This document shows positions 60,980 through 64,000 of a stretch of DNA of 64,000 bases, piece after piece. Numbering within the stretch: position 1 is the first letter of the stretch; every line of letters begins with the position of its first letter. The stretch comes from Octopus sinensis. Lineage: Eukaryota. The stretch is from assembly GCF_006345805.1 (NCBI RefSeq), contig NC_043008.1, positions 21,328,001 to 21,392,000 of the forward strand, in the 5' to 3' direction. The translations under genes were made by a program, and so were the position numbers. The notes below the pieces were generated by a model, which worked only from the letters and a program-made list of their open reading frames with translations, searched no databases and was not told where the DNA came from.

Positions 60980-61290
60980 AATTTTGGTACAAGGCCAACA
61001 ATTTCCGGAGAGATGTAAGTCGATTACACCAACCTCAGTCCGCAACGGAAAGGACGAAAGGCAAAGTCGACCTCGGTGGAATTCGAACACAGAACGTAAT
61101 GACGGACGAAATGCACGCCGGACAAAATGCTTTGTAGCATTTCGTCCATGTTTACGTTCTGAGTTCAAATCCCACCGAGGTTGACTTTGCCTTTCATCCT
61201 TTGGGGGGTCGATAAAGTAAGTACCAGCCGAGTAAGCGACTTAACCCCGGCCTCCTCGAAATTGCTGGCCTTGTGCCAACATTTGAACCC
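60980..61290. mobile_element. Two SINE group A copies fused head-to-head
   Basis: Minus copy ~60980-61114 and plus copy ~61115-61290. Confidence 0.8.
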
Positions 61291-61444
61291 AAATTTATTA
61301 ATGAATAATTGTAGACCAGTGGATACGCAAAGTTGTTAGAGCGTCGGAAAAACTGCCTTGTAGTATTTCTGACACATCGTGCTTTTCGTTCAAATCCTTC
61401 AAGGTTAACTTTGCTTTTCTGCCTGTCAGGGTCGATAAAATAAA

Positions 61445-61846
61445 GCTATGTGGTAAGTAGCTTGCTTACCAACCACATGGTTCCGGGTTCATTCCCTTTG
61501 CGTGGCACCTTGGGCAAGTGTCTTCTACTATAACCTCGGGCCGACCAAAGCCTTGTGAGTGGAAACTGAAAGAAGCTCGTCGTATATATATATATATATA
61601 TATATATTTGTATGTACGTGTGTGTATATGTTTTTGTGTCTGTGTTTGTCCCCCCAACATCGCTTGAAAACCGTTGCTGGTGTGTTTACGTCCCCATAAC
61701 TTAACAGTTAGGCAAAAAGACCGATAGAATAAGTACTAGGCTTACAAAGAACAAGTCCTGGGGGTCGATTTGCTCAATCGACTGAAGGCGGTGCTCCAGC
61801 ATGGCCACGGTCAAATGACTGAAACAAGCAAAAGAGTAAAAGAGTA
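61445..61846 (+). mobile_element. Full-length SINE group B
   Basis: CTATGTGGTAAGTAGCTTGCTTACC head to AAGGCGGTGCTCCAGCATGGCCACGGTCAAATGACTGAAACAAGCAAAAGAGTAAAAGAGT tail. Confidence 0.9.
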
Positions 61847-63234
61847 CCAGTTAAGGACAGAATTCCACTGTATTGCCTACACCCTCCCAAACAAACCTGT
61901 TGGCTTTTTACTTGGATGAGAAACCATTGTGACTCAGTTATTACAATATTAATAATAGACAGGGTTGAACTGACGAACAAGCCTGTATATAGCGTCTCGC
62001 CCTGCAAGAAATAGGAATCAAACTCCACTCAGCTCACATCATACCATCTTAAAAAAAGATGGATTCATTGGGTAATGTAGTCTTGCGTATTTCTGAAAAG
62101 ACGGGATGGTCACAGATACGATACCGTTATTTATATTTCTGCTCACTAAAGATTGACCAGGGTCTCAACAACGATAGCAAATGTACACAGCTAAGGGAAT
62201 CGCATTAGCTTTATATAGTCATTCGATTGACTAGAAATAGTAGCCAAATTTTCACCAAATTACACCACATGGCTTTGGAGAATAAAAGAACAGATTGGAC
62301 GATGTAGTTCTGGATACGAAATAACCGATGGAAGCCCAATATATTCATCTTTCGATTGTTTGATCATTTGGTCATAGATCTACTCAGTACAGCGTGGCCC
62401 AGGGCTAAAAATCATCCTCATGAGAGAGTGCAGCAGCAGCAGAAGCAGCAGCAGCATAAGACAGTCTTCCTTTGCTGTCTTGCACGCAAAGCACTAAAAT
62501 ACACTTGTGCTTCTTAAAGAAAAAAAAAAATAATACAATACATAAAAAAAGTAGAGACGACATAACGTTGGAGCGGATTAAAATGGATGACAAAATAATT
62601 AATAATATTTAAATCAATGTTTTCACAAAATTAAAATAAACACTTAAAAAATGTTGTTAATAAAAAAAAAACCGAGAGAGTGAGTTTGACAATTTGTCAT
62701 TTTAATTATAAATTCAATTTTCAATTCAGTCCTACATTATCTGACGGGAATCAAGTTTTGCATTGACGTGTAATTACATCAGCTTTATTAGGACATTTTT
62801 TTAATACTGGAATGGTTTGGTTAGTATTTTTATACTAATTAAGTAAAAAAAAAATTATTCTAATTAAGCATGGGAGTCATAGAGGGGATTTAAGTTTGTA
62901 GTTAAGAGAAATTCCGAAGCAGTTCCAGCCGGCGCTTCTTCGAAGATTGTCTTTTATATCTTGCGATAACACCGAGAAGGTATTTTCTTAGACTTTTTGA
63001 AGTTCACCATTGGAAAAATCTGTGGTTGTATCATGTTTAACTAGAACAAAACTAGGTTGTCCGGGTGAGTGTTGTTGGGTGTGAGATAAAAACTGGTTAT
63101 TGAAATAATTTTCCTTCTCTTTTCCTAGTAGTATCCTTCACAGTTATATCAGCTGATATAACCAGTTCGATCTCCGAAAACACATGGGTTTATTGCCAGT
63201 CTAATTAAAAAGGATACATACATACATACATACA

Positions 63235-63265
<31 letters not shown>

Positions 63266-63614
63266 TCATTTGCATATATGTAATCTAATGAGATTAAAAC
63301 TCCAATTGCACTTGGAACATCCAGTGTAGAGCACAAAAACCCACAATGGTGAAACGTATGTAGGGACAAATTATAAAAACTCCTATTTATCATAATTTAT
63401 CATATATTTGCTTTGAATATCATAATTACAAATACATTTAGGTACAGTGATAGCTAAACCACAAAACCGGAAGCAGATGCGAGGTTCTAGACCCACTAGT
63501 AGCAGTCGGGCATCAAATTGTAAACACAAGATATGCTATGTGTATGTGTGTGTGTATGGTCATATGTAACCATATCGGCACGTGTTTATATGTACACACA
63601 TATATCCATATACC

Positions 63615-64000
63615 TACGAGGTCTGATCAATAAGTATCCGGACTGTTGTCATAGTAACGAAGCTAAAGCATGCACAGTGAAGCTGCTTGACAATGATTGA
63701 CCTTGAACTCTGCTGTGCATGTGCACTAAGCTTTAATGTTCTAATTCACTTCCGCTGTTTACAGCAGTGCTGAGAAGGAACGTGTGTAGTGTATGATCGT
63801 CGCATTAACCATGAGAGAGAAAGTTGTCATGGTGATACCTGCTCAGGGGCCTTCGCAAATTTGCAGAAATTGTATGGAGAGAGGAGTGTATGCGCCGCAC
63901 ACAAATCAGGGGTACGAGTCGTTCAGACGTTTCTAAGATGGCCGAAAAAATGTCGATATTGACGAACGTTCTGAGAGACCCGCAACCATCAGAATTGAGA
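63615..64000 (+). mobile_element. Mariner 5' end, decayed; runs off the window
   Basis: TA-CGAGGTCTGATCAATAAGTATCCGGACT terminus; peptides AFANLQKLYGE and YESFRRF*DGRKNVDIDERSERPAT resemble the mariner HTH / YEWFRRFKxG...DDERSGRP region. Confidence 0.8.

Noticed and set aside
62992-63064. AG...GTGAGT-bounded segment
   Set aside because: Stops in all three frames; could only be non-coding and has no other support

Overview
AT-rich, repeat-saturated eukaryotic non-coding DNA. The SINE families and the extreme (TA)n/(CA)n/(TATC)n/(ATAC)n density resemble what I recall of octopus (coleoid cephalopod) genomes, but species identity is an inference. No complete or recognisable host gene is visible, and nearly all long ORFs in the track are microsatellite artefacts. 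The window contains: (1) dozens of tRNA-derived SINE copies in at least three groups, which I label A, B and C/D, several with clear target-site duplications; (2) decayed non-LTR fragments (CR1/L2-type 3' end, Penelope-like RT, HERO-like RLE element, three R4/Dong-like pieces); (3) Tc1/mariner-superfamily remnants (three mariners, one DD37D/maT-like element, pogo/Tigger-like and hAT-like MITEs, a foldback MITE); (4) two Helentron/HINE-like elements; (5) a ~127-bp satellite and an 18-bp minisatellite; (6) one 100-N gap; (7) a few low-confidence candidate exons. The most interesting signals are a minimal hammerhead-ribozyme-like motif with a shared A6U core change in three copies of one repeat, reciprocal head/tail module swapping among SINEs, a LINE 3' end that shares its tail with SINE-B, a minisatellite made from a SINE 5' head, and a perfect 76-bp-arm palindrome.
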